Of a DNA stretch of 64,000 nt, positions 1-11,995 are shown piece after piece; the first letter of the stretch is position 1; every line of letters begins with the position of its first letter. A model generated the notes under the pieces. It was not told the DNA's origin. It saw only the letters and a program-made list of their open reading frames with translations, and made no database searches. This DNA is from Yuukianura sp. NJ FZ-2021 (Eukaryota). The DNA is taken from contig CM102285.1 in the NCBI GenBank assembly GCA_046563655.1, positions 9,052,001 to 9,116,000 on the forward strand, in the 5' to 3' direction. Made by a program: the position numbers and the translations under genes.

Positions 1-591
1 CCCTTTCTCAATTCACCCATGTCAGTAAATTCAATTTATAAAGAACTAAATTAGGATTTAGTAACCTTTTGGATAGAATCACGAGATTATTCTGCACTGT
101 TTACTAACAATTTTATGAACTGCGTCAAATTTGGAGTAGTGCGGCTACAGGGTGAAAAGAGACGCCGAAGTAGTGGAAGATTTTGGCAAGAGAAAGTTGG
201 AGGGAGAAAGCGGGCTGGATTTGGAAGGCAAGGGAGTCTTGCAAAGGCCTCTCTTTGGTACGCATCTCCCAAAGTCTTCTGCTGAACAAAGTCCAAAACC
301 TCCTACGTTAAGTCTCTAATTAACTTTCTTAGGCTTAACTTTTGGCGTACTATTAGCCACTCATCAACAAGTAATCTTCTTCAGCCGAACCCCAAACTTT
401 CTTAGTTTAGAAAACTTGGCAATTTACAGTTTCTGGTGTGAAGGCACCAAACTTCAAAGTGATTTCCATCTCTTTCTTGGTTTGGTGAAAGTCATGGAGA
501 AATTGGAAGTGTGGGCGGAGTGTTAATTGGAATTAAAATTATAATTTGTTAGTAAGTTTGTGAATTAAGTTTCTCAAAGAGAAAGTGGGGG

Positions 592-651
592 ATGAATACA
601 GCTGCTTCTGGCGGTGGAGGAGGATACAGCAGTAAGAAATGCAAGGAAGAC
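592..651 (+). CDS. Candidate distal alternative first coding exon (MNTAASGGGGGYSSKKCKED) of the DPP10-like gene
   Basis: ATG at 592, 20 open codons, then a consensus GTAAGT donor at 652 in phase 0, compatible with the phase-0 acceptor of exon 14218 (ELVAATP). No other + strand gene is seen between here and 14218. Confidence 0.6.
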
Positions 652-3103
652 GTAAGTCACGTTCTTAATGGAGCCTTACGTTGAAATAACATTTACTTTC
701 CCAATTACAAGTTTTCCTCAAAGAAATGAACAAGAAAAGTTTAATGTTCTAGGTCCAGTAGGGATACATTTCTCAGAAATTCCGACTTTACGCTCTATAT
801 CCAAGTTCACCTTGATTATTTATGCTACGCGTATATGATTTTCCCCGAAGTTATTGTTTTGTATAAAACGCGTCCATAAAACATTCCACAAAAGCAGCGC
901 TTTGAACTTTTTTGAACACATTTTGTACCTACTTTCAAAGATTTTCAAAATACTTCCTCATTTTTACCATAAAATTTCTCGTTAAGGTTCGTTCCGAATC
1001 ACCAGTAGAAAGCTTTGAATAGAAAGTACGGCGTAACATTTAACGGCTCTTCAAACTCTGCCAGCTCTTTGGCGCTGGTGATTATACGTGTCTGTGACTT
1101 TTTTTTTCCTAAACGCCAGCACTTTAGAGGCCGAAAAGACACAAAGTTTTGCTGAATTATTAGGTGGACATTTTCTGCGAAGCACGAAGCACTTGGGCTC
1201 CACATGGTGAAAAGCTTTCTCCACTTTTCGATTAATGGACAAAAAAGAGTCGCCGAAATGTCCTGCCGAATTTTTAAAGTCCTAACTTTTAGTAGCCTCC
1301 TGGTGGAGACTTCCTAGTTAGTTACTACCAACTGACTTTCCCCTCTGACGAAACTACTACTGGTTTCTCCTTAATGTGAGATACTAGTCCAGTAGTTCAG
1401 TTTACTTTATGTGCCCAACACAAGCTGAAATCCACTCCTTTTATGTCCCACCATGAATTAAGGTGGCACATAAAAAGGAAATGGGAAGTGGGACCTCTGC
1501 CACTGTCCATCTTCAAATTCAAGCTTGTCAATAAATTCGTTTTGGACTCACACAAGCGGACAGGGACGGCTTTTCCTTTAGAGCTTTTCCTCAGAGTTGT
1601 TCTATGGAAGGCGAAGAGTGTTCCAAGGGTTTAAGTTATTCCTTTTGAACTTTGGTTCTCTGAAATCCAGTGCTGTCTACATACGGACTTATGGCTCTCT
1701 TCTGCAGACTTCCTTGTGGAGTTGATGGTCTGAAAGCTCCAATTTCCACGAAATGCACAAACCTTAAGGAACTTAAAGCATTTGGAAAAAATTTGGGCCT
1801 TCAGAGAGAGAAGGAATTTGAAATTGAGCCAAAATAAGCAGAAAAGGCGAGACGCCTTTTATGACTAGGGAAAGCAGAAGAGAAAGTCTTTGCGGGAGGA
1901 ATTGAAAGGGCGGACTTTTTGCGTCCCGTAAAGAGTCAAGCTGTGTATTATTTCCGTAGGGAAAGTGTGTGGCAAACAGTGGAGCTTCAGTAGAGGGTGA
2001 CGGCGTTGTCTGAAGTGATGAAGGAACCGGAACTTGGAGGTCCTTACCTTATTCGTTCATTCATCACTCAACTAACGCCAAAAACTTTTATGATTTCGTC
2101 GTTCTTTTGTTTGATGCTCCAATCTTAGATCAAACGAAGAACTTTCAGGTTTCTTGCTATCGGTTCAAATATTGACTTTGGGAAAGTCTTTTTCCGTTTC
2201 TAGCGTTTATCAAATGACATCTTCACTACGAAACGAATGGAAGATTATCCCATTTTCCTATAATAAAATAATCACAACTTCTCGGGTTTATTTCATTTAG
2301 CAAAATGAAATTCGTAGCGTTGCAAAACTTCCTAATTTAAACTTATGGCAGAGCTAAGTTTCAAAATTTGCACTCACGAGCAAATTTTAGTTAAGAATTC
2401 AGTAGAATTTCCCAATTTCATTTTCCAAACAAGTTGAGACATCAGCAGCAAAAGTTAAAACAAAATTGTCTTCCGGATTATATTAGATTCAATCACTGGT
2501 TGGGCAAAATGACAGAAATTGAAACTATAGGTGACACGACAAAATTACAAAGCTTAGTACTAGTTTTTGGTACAGGGGAATGAAATTGTAAATGTCAAAG
2601 GATTCGGGACAAAAGTTTTTTGTTTGTTAGACTAAATTAGCAATTTGACCTTTGGAACAAAATATTCTGGAGTGACCGAAGTCATAAATCCCTTTACTTC
2701 CTTTTTCCTCTTGTGGACTCCTGCATCGTAGAAGTGAAAGCAGAAAACAGGTGAAACTGTTTTTGGCGTGACTCCCGCCCTAGTCCGTCTAGTCCTGGAA
2801 AATGTTGTCGTAATTTCATTTAAACTTGGCAAATAGAAACTTAAAAACAGAAACAGAGGACTGTGGGGCATTCCCGCTTTGCTTTCTCTTCCAAATCCAA
2901 GAGGCTCAAGTCCAAATCCCTTTACTTGGAGAAACGTCACATTCGGTAATTAGGTTTTCCCTGAGAGATGATTAATGGCTCAAGTTCAGCAGTAGCTGGG
3001 TGGACTATTTTGTTTTCTTCAGAAAACAGACCTTCCATGGGTTCAATTTGCCCAACCTAACACTACTCCATGACTCCGAAACTTAACTAACCTAAATAAC
3101 CTA

Positions 3104-3127
3104 ATGCCTCCAACCGCGTTGCGTCTT
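3104..3127 (+). CDS. Candidate alternative first coding exon (MPPTALRL) of the DPP10-like gene
   Basis: ATG at 3104, 8 codons, GTAAGT donor at 3128, phase 0. It is short enough to arise by chance. Confidence 0.35.
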
Positions 3128-6100
3128 GTAAGTAGTTCAACAACTGTGTTTCGTTTTAATCAAATGGCCAGACACTCTTCTTTTCCAATTTTCTCACACC
3201 GCCTTTGAAGGCGGCGAGGAACTTTCTTTTTATTTTCGTTTCACTTAAGTTCTCGAATGTTTTAAGAACCCGATTCATCTTCCTTTCCACGAATTTGAAA
3301 TTTGAAGAGTAGAAAATGAAGCTTTTAATGAAAATAAGCCTCCAGAAATGTCTGAAAGCACGGAACGTGACGGGGACGACTACTTTCACCGTCTACTCAC
3401 GTACTCACGTTTCTATTTAAAAAATGTAAAGTGAAAGAGCGACAGGAACTTAAATTCAACATGTTTTGAAGTAACAGAAGGCTTTTGTCATAATTTCAAA
3501 GTGTGACAGGAGTAGCGGGAATCAGACGTTTTCTTTTGAAATTTATTGAAATTCTCTAACTTTTTCGATTCTAAAAAGAAATTTCCAAGAGGCTTTTCTT
3601 TCTCTTCGGGAAAGTGAGAAAACTCAACCACTAAAAGGTAACGGCCATGCTTGAGTAAAGCGGTTTACTTTTCCGGGTTTCAACAGTTCTTGAGTAACTT
3701 CCTCCAACTTTTCCGTAGATATTTGACGTCTTGTTTTTGTTTAGAGTGTGAATTTTGAGCAAAAAATGGATAGTTTCTCGAAAAACCTACTCAATTTTTG
3801 GAGTGTCATTTTCACTGCAATGCTTGGTGAAGACTTGAGTGTGAGAAAGGCTTTGGGTCAAGGGATTTGTTATTCCAGACTCGTTCAAGTTCTATGTTCA
3901 GAGCAAGTTAAAATTCATGCCACAACGTTCATGTGGGACTGCATCATCCACATTGTCATAAAAGTAGGAAATAGGAAACCGAAATTGAGAAAAGGAAGAA
4001 AAACCATTTGAAAACAAATTCTAGAAATGGAGATCTCGCTTGCAGATCAGCATAAATTGGATAGTTGAGGATCCACTTTGTTCCTTTTTGCTTTCGGCTC
4101 AATGTGCTCAAAACTTGCGAACGAAAGTATCTAAACTAGTTGCCAATTCTCCAAAATTTGTTGTTTTTTTTTTGGGAGAAAGCAAAAGTAAAGAAAAATA
4201 CTCCAAAGTTGCCATTTTTGGAAGCAACCCTTGTTCATTTTTCTCAATTTTTTCCCTCGAAGTAGTACAAAAGACAACGATAATAAGACCAGGGAGTTAC
4301 GGCTCATCTTCAAATTCCTTCACGTTTTGCTCTTATCTCATCCCCTTTGTTTCTTTAGACTTGGGAGTAAGGGATGAAGAGCTCTTTGTGAGTTTTGAAA
4401 TTTATGTGAAATTCATGCAAATAAATGGAAAACTCAAAAAACTGAAAAGTTCTTGAGAAGAAAGTGGGAAAGCGTGAAAAACTTGTTTTCATGATCTCAA
4501 TTTATCACTTATGTAGTTAAGCATAGAGAAAGCAGAAAACGATTCTAGCAAACGTCAAAAAATGAAATTCTTCTTTCACATTCCTCCTCAAATTCCGGAA
4601 TTCTATTTTATTTATTTCAGTTGCATGAGTTTTGACTACTATACTATAAGTTACTTTAGGTTTCTATTTTTCACTCTATAATCTCGAAATGGAAACAGAT
4701 CTGTGTTTACCTTGATGGAACATTCCAGTTTTAGAAGAAAAATGTTAGTGAGTGAAATGGTAGAAAGTCAAAGTTGACAGGTAATGATGACGAGACTAGA
4801 AAATCCTTGGCCAATTCCACTTCAATCCTTTTAACAGAAATCGTAACTGGGAGATTTGTGATGGATTGTCGACAACAAAACTTAGGGTGTGGTCCTGAGA
4901 AAAAATTCATTTCAGATTTCAGAAAATTGGAAAATCTATACATCCATACACCATTCCATACAACCCTCTAATAAACGAAACAGTAAGAAGTTTTTCTGAA
5001 CCTCAGGTTGGTAAACTTGTTTCGTACTTGTTCTATTGATGCTTTGTAGCATCAAATTTGATAATCAATGTTAATTAAGCTTTCATGTTCTGGTGCCCTC
5101 AGTGATTTTTTCACGAAAAGTTTCATCATGGCAAAAACTGTTGAATTGGATTGCACGCACTCCGCATCCCCCAAAGAAAGCAAATAGTTGCTAATACTTT
5201 ACAGCAGGAGGATTAGGATTTAGGATTTTCGTAGAGTGAAAGTAGGACTCATTTCCGGTTTTAGAAGACTTTCCTTCCTTTCTTCTTCCTCTTACTTTCA
5301 CTCTACTGTTTTTCCACATTTGAAAATTTTCTAGAGAATCCCTTAGATTGTAATCTCAAATTCTGAAGTGGAAGAGAAGCACTGATCCAGCAGAGGACGG
5401 ATATGGGATTTGAAATGAGGACTTAAGAGCTTTCTCCCACGTCCCTACAAGCATAAATTAATCCTGACTTGGCCTAACCCTTTTACTAATCCAAGTTGAC
5501 TCTTACTCTAAAATTCACTTAGACAATGGGGATTTGGGCTGGACGCGTTTCAAGTTTCACTCAACAAACATAAAGATTAACTTCCTGAAATTTTAAAGCA
5601 CAAAAACGCTACCCTGCGCAGAATTCCTAAAGTTCATTATCATTTAAACACGAGCGAGAGCTCTGGTGCGTAACAAATTGGGCAAATAAGGAACAACGGG
5701 TGTTTAGCGTGGTTACTCTAAAGTTGCCGGCTTTCACTCCCGAGCGACCATGCTACGAAGAACCGCAATGCAGTGAAGCTTAGTCGTCAAAAGCTGCCAA
5801 GAGAGCAATTCACTTTCACTTTCCGTTCTGCCGAAGCGGCAAACACACTAGCAGGATGGTTGAACTTTCCCTTAGGTTACAGAAGGCAGAGGACGAAGGC
5901 CACTTTGCGTCCCTCACAGGGAGAATTGTGGAGTCCATTGACGAAGGCTCAACCGAACGTAATGACAGTCAATAAGACACAATGGACTTGGACGTACGTC
6001 AAGGCCAGCCGCTTGTCTTATTTATGACGATAGACCTTACGCTCATTCTAGTCGGTTAAACAGAACCGATTCCCAGATGATAGAAACAAATTGAGGAAAT

Positions 6101-6343
6101 GGAATACACATTGTATTCTATGTAGTATTGCCATTATAATCCTAAGTAAGTTTATTTGGAAAAATGTAAGTACAGAAATAATGAATTAGTTACAACACTT
6201 CAAGTTAGGGTTACTAACTACTACTACTTATTTTACTTCATTAACTCTATTCCGTGTTTGACACATTTGACATTACGCAAATAATTTGCAGTTGTAATTA
6301 GACCAATCACGGGATTTATATCATCCGTATAATTGCTGCGCAA

Positions 6344-7345
6344 TTACTTCTGAACTACAGCAAGTGCAAGTTCGTAGTTCAATCGATGTCCTCTTGGGCT
6401 CGATCCACAAATTAGTCCGCCCGTCTCCGTTGCACGCTCATTCAAAAATTTTTCATATTCCGCTTGCAATTTTTTGTAAGTTTCGGAACTTGGCAAACAT
6501 TCTCCAATTTCTGCCACATTACCAGCCAATAAGAACTCTGAAAAACAATTTTTTTAAGCTAATTTTTTCAAGAGAAAAGAAAATTTTAAAGAAAATCTGA
6601 AGAACCTACCGGCGCAATCTGCTTTGCTTTCGAATTGATTAAAGCCATTAAGCAATTGGAACGATTTGATTTGAAATCCAGCCGAGTTCAATGCCTTTTT
6701 GATGATCTCTGCATGATCTTTTCCCGCCCAACGCGCCAAAACCCAATCAGGAATTGGAATTTGATCTCCGATGGACTTCCATTCTGCACTGTCTTGTAAC
6801 ATTTTGATAAATTGGAAATAGTCATCAGACATTGATCCCATGAAAATGCAGCATTTCCCACCACTCTCCAACATGTTGTAAAATTTTTGCAAAACAGCTC
6901 GGTAGTTTCTGACGCTGTGAAGATAGTGGATCGTAACTATTGCTGAAAATTTTTTGTCCTTCAAAGAAAAATCTTCACTCAGAATGTCTTCATTCACATA
7001 CGTAACTCTGTCATGCGGATGATGCTCAATTGCATGTTCATAGTGTGATGTACATTTCTCGACTGCAAAAATTTTCAAATTTTTCTCTTCCGCCAGAGGA
7101 ACAAATTTTGCGAGTGTAAAAGTTCCAATTCGACAGCCGAAATCCAAAATATCTGAATTTGGTGGAATATCCAATGACTCAATTGCTGCCGTCAAATAAT
7201 TATCGTTGATAGCATGTATAAAAGCGCTATGTCGCTCAAAAGACGCCCCAAAATTATGAATTACTCTCAAAATTCTTTGAAGTCGCGAGACCTGTTTTCG
7301 AAATCGGCTTTCTTCTGCTGGTGTTGTTGCGTTCGCTTCTGCCAT
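6344..7345 (-). CDS. Class I SAM-dependent methyltransferase, juvenile hormone acid O-methyltransferase (JHAMT)-like, 2 exons (7345-6610, 6537-6344), ~309 aa
   Basis: ORF carries ILDFGCRIG (motif I), IFAVEK, HPHDRVTYVNEDI, KFSAIVTIHYLHSV and FYNMLESGGKC, typical of the JHAMT/Methyltransf family. The intron GTAGGT..TTTCAG (6609-6538) joins in frame (DCA-E-FLLAGNV). Confidence 0.8.
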
Positions 7346-7896
7346 TTTGCTTTCCCTCTTGTAATACTTTTTACACAAGTCAGAAAAGAAACTAATTCCT
7401 TTAAGTCGATTTTTCCGAATAATCACAAAAGTTCAAACTAAAATCTGTTGTGGTTCGCTAATGCATCTAAACAGGTTTCAAGCAGTAATTTAATTAAGGC
7501 AAATCAATCAACTTAAATACTCCACACACCAAACTTAATTGCCAATTAAAAATTACGAAACCTTACATAATGTCAATTTACTTGTTTTTCTCAAGAGAGA
7601 CCTTTTGGCTGTGACCAGAAATAAAGTATTTTTAAATTTGTTGTCCCGATTGAAAAGTCGCCGACCTTGATCTCAGAAAAGACGAAGCAAAAGAACTTGA
7701 TTCCGTCTTATTCTAAACACATTGATCAAGAAGTATTTCGTAATTTTAAGAAACTTCAAAATAGCATACAATTTTGCATTAGTCTTCTTGAGACACATAG
7801 CACCTACGACATGCTGTAAAAGATTGTTCATACGACTTTGTCTCGGTCATTAGGTTATTAAGTTAATCTAAAAACTTATTAACTTAATACATAATT

Positions 7897-7902
7897 AATA
7901 TA

Positions 7903-7972
<70 letters not shown>

Positions 7973-8024
7973 TTGTTCTATTTAAATACTTTCATTAAAT
8001 ATGAAGCTACTGAAGTTATATATT

Positions 8025-8116
<92 letters not shown>

Positions 8117-8177
8117 TATATATATAACTTCAGTAGCTTCATATTTAATGAAAGTATTTAAATAGAACAAAAGGGAT
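7897..8177. repeat. (TA)n microsatellites plus a ~58-bp perfect inverted repeat forming a ~210-bp palindrome
   Basis: (TA)n at ~7906-7967 and ~8027-8111. Arm 7966-8023 (ATCCCTTTTGTTCTATTTAAATACTTTCATTAAATATGAAGCTACTGAAGTTATATAT) is the exact reverse complement of ~8120-8177. Confidence 0.95.
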
Positions 8178-10637
8178 CCCATTTAAAACAGAAGTTTAGC
8201 AACGATTTATCATCATAAAATCCTCTTAAAAGACAATTACTTCCTTGAAACCTAATTACTTTAGTCAATTAAGACTTTTGCGCATCCGGAGAGTGTAAAA
8301 CTAAAACTGTAATACAGAGGCATTGTTAACAAACTGAACAAAATAAGCTAGTACAACTTTAGGACATGCCCTGAAACGAAGAAACTTTCAATAAATTTGT
8401 TCTTGACTAGAGCCCCTGTTCTCGTGTATTCTTTTCTTGCAAAGTAAAAAAAACTTGGCATTCATCTCCCCTTTGTACTCCTTTGTACTTTGAAATCTAA
8501 AGTTCTCTTGGCCTTCTCTAAAAACTAAAGGTTTTGTGTTATCGTCTTTTTTTTAGAACGTCTTCCCGTTTCGGGCTCATTAATTTCCTCGAAAGAGAAA
8601 GTTTTGGTTAGTTGGTGGGCAGAGAAAGGCTTTGTAGTGAAAGCAGTGACAGAACTCCTTTCCTGCAATAGCACTACAACTCCCGCCTTTTAGTCTGATT
8701 TTTATGCCATAAATTCGTGGGACGGGTGGGCGTTGTTTGCCAAATCTTAATTTAATGCTTTCTGGGCGGCCAGGCCTCCCGGCTGGGGTCAGGCTGAACC
8801 CATAATTCAAAAGGACTGATGTTCCCAGTGCTTTCACTTCCACTTTCCCCACTTTCAACAAACAACTGAAGTAATGGCACACAGGATATGTGTGTGCTTT
8901 GTTGTTACGACTCATTTTGATTAGACTCTCTCTAGAGCTTATGAATTGTATTACAAAAGTTTTAGGAAGCTCATAAATTCACGAAAAGTTCTCTTATAAA
9001 TTTTAAATTTTGTGAAAAGTTTTGAAAAATTGTTCCAAAAGGAAATTAATGTTCCAAGCAGCCTTTATTTTATTAGAGTCTAAAGTGCTTAGACACTCTT
9101 CAACAAAATTGGTCTAACACGGCCAATAAGAGTATGGAACAAGTGGGTGTGCCAAGAAATTGCACAGGTTCAATTTGTCTAAAAAATCGTCCAACACTTT
9201 CCCTGTTGTGCGGCACAGGAAGCAATTTGGACAACTCCTGGAAGAACACTGTAAATAACAGTTTCTAGAAGAAAAAAAATCTTCCGTGCTCATGCATCAT
9301 TTATTAGTGTCACTTTTATTTGTTTCCATATTTTATAAACTTTGCAAGCCAAGTGCCATTAATCAAAATTAGAGTCAATTCACTATGGGTCACTGATTTT
9401 TTGAAAACTTGAATGCTTGGTTTGCTCTAAATATTAAATGGTGTTTGCAAATACTTAAGGCGGGCTTTGAAGGCTTTGAGTTTTTAAGGCTTTACTTGAT
9501 AAACTGAAATAAGTTAAACTTTTTGCTTTCTAAAATATTTTTGATCGGAGAGTCGATTTTTTGAGTGGGTATTGTGAAAAAGTCGTAACTTTTTTTTTTT
9601 AGAAAAAAAAACGGAAACTTGCTAAAAGGCTTTTTTGAATGCTTATTCATGTGGGACGGATAAGGAAAGTCACGTTCTGTCGTCAATTATTGGTCATGCC
9701 TCGTGGGCTAGACAACTCCTTAGAAATTTTGTGGTTGTACTCTACGTTCAAAACTTTTTCTAAAAAGAAGTTGTTTAGAACGTTCCCGCTGTCAAACTGT
9801 AAATCCGAAAATGTTATAGCAGACATTTTAGTATCCATGCAACTGCTTTCTCCAGTTATAAAAATGGCTTCGAAGACATCACTTCGAAGCTTGGTTTACT
9901 TTCTCCGCCAGAGTTTTTGAATTTTTTCATTTTTTTCTTCCATGTTCAATGCGCCAAAACTTTTTTCAAGTTGTACAAGATTTATGTCAAAAATTGAGTG
10001 ATATGTTGACTTTTGTCTTGTCTTCTCCTTTCCCTTCGAAAATTCTGCTGAGATCGTGCCCGACGTATGAAATGTGGGATAATTTTGCGCCAAGTTGCCC
10101 ATAGATAAATTGATAGAAAGCTTAGAATTTCTGTAGAAAACGGACGAACTTTCTCCTGAACTTTCTCTGGGGAGCGTCTGTTTATGTGCCCAATAGTCGT
10201 GGTTGATTTATCGGAAGGAAGACAGAAACAATAACACCGTTTTATTGGAGATGATTAAGTGTCTTGGGGCTGCTTTTCCACTTTCTGCTGCCAGTTTGAA
10301 TTAGATTTCCCCGGGGGAGACCTCTGCACCAACTTCGATTACGCTTCACTTATCATTAGGATCACACTTTCTGCTTCCATCCTCTTCTAGACGCGACCAA
10401 AGACAAACTCATTTAAATATGCATCATCACGTACAACCCAAATTCGAAGGAAAAAGTAAAGTTGTTTCTCTTTTTTTTTTAGAATTTCCAAGTAAATTTT
10501 TCACTGCAACAAGTGCAATTACTCTCCTTTTCCGCCCAAGTTAAAAGCTTTCATAAAAGCAAATTTAAAAAAACGGAATTCAATGAGTGTTTTTTTTTCT
10601 CCAAAACTTTTACCACGGTTTGTAATTACGATAAATA

Positions 10638-10873
10638 TAGCGAGGTTTTTAAATATGGTGACACTTTCACCAGAAGTTGATTTGAAAATGTGCCTTAATT
10701 AACCAGTGTTAATTAAAATTTAGGATCTACACACCTAATCGCAATCTACAGCAACAACTAGCTCCGGCAATGATGTTAGATTTAAAACTGAACTGTCCAG
10801 TGATATTTAATTTAAATCAACTTTTAAAAATCAACTTCCGGTGAAAGTGTCACCCTATTTAAAAACACCGCTG
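10638..10873. mobile_element. MITE, Tc1/mariner-type (copy A)
   Basis: ~45-bp imperfect TIRs (TAGCGAGGTTTTTAAATATGGTGACACTTTCACCAGAAGTTGATTT ... AAATCAACTTCCGGTGAAAGTGTCACCCTATTTAAAAACACCGCTG), ~236 bp, non-coding. Shares the ACC(A/G)GAAGTTGATTT core with copy B at 23004. Confidence 0.75.
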
Positions 10874-11995
10874 TGTGAAAGTCTGAGAAATCACCAAAAC
10901 CAAAATGTTTAACGTGTTACTATGCATTACCAGTTCTTAGATGTAAAATTCAGTTCTTGGGATTCTGTAATCGAGGTATAATCGGTATAGTGCTTGTTTG
11001 GGTATGCAAAAGAAACCACTGCAATAAGTGGTTAGATCGTATGAGGTGTAGTGATTTGTCGGAGGCAGAGGCATCGTGCAAAATATTATCTTGTTTCCAG
11101 TAGTACGAACTACTATGTTGTTTTCTGTAGAATCTGCTTTCACTCCATCTTCCACGGAAGTGAAAGTTACGCTGCGAGCTTTCCAAATGCTTGAATTAAA
11201 GTGCGGCAGATGTCACTGTGTGTTAGAACACTTTGGTTGTGCCTCTGAACACTGAAGGAGAACGTTATGTTAGTCTTGGCTTGGCTCAGGACCAGTTTAT
11301 TGATCTTCCTTCCGAGGAAATGAGTTTCCACTGTTTGAAGGCTACGGTGAAAGATCTCTCCTTCGTAGATTTCCCGGCTATTTCCAGAACTGAGCCTTCC
11401 AGGCCGTGGTTCAGAGTCTAAAGGACATAGGAGCAGCAGGTTTACGTGGCTACATGTGCTTTAGCCTTCGTTTGGGAAGAGCTCGTGGACTGCTGCTCGA
11501 ATCGGAGCATTTCATCCAATTTGCTCCTTCTCCCAACCTTCTCCCGGGTCTTTCTCTGAAGAAGCCTTTTCAATTTCCAACAACATCTCTCATCCTCCTA
11601 TCATTCCAAGTCTGAGCCCAGAACTAGACTTAAGTTGGTCGCAGAGCGGAGGTGGGTAGCTGGGAAGTGCATAGGAGTCGTGTTAACAGGACGAACAGAT
11701 CAGCCAAATCCAATTATGACCAGTTCTCCAATCAATCTAAAGATCTGCCTCTCCCGTTTCCGACGGTACTTCTTTCAAGTGAAGCATGTAAGGTCTCCTC
11801 GGTTGTTGTTCCTTTAAACAATTCTAAATGTTCAATGGATATTGTTGCTGCTGTTGCCTGGCATTTGTCGTCAATGTGGCTACGCTGCATCCCGACAATC
11901 TTCTTGCTAACTGTTGAGTGACACTCGGTGTGGCTAAGAGCATTAAGAAATAAATTTCAAATATAAGCTAGCCGTTTCTGCTCAAAGTCAGCAAT

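Noticed and set aside
3748..4456. 87-aa and 138-aa + strand ORFs
   Set aside because: Non-ATG starts, AT-rich F/K/S-biased composition, no domain motifs or exon chain; treated as spurious, like most short ORFs in the track.
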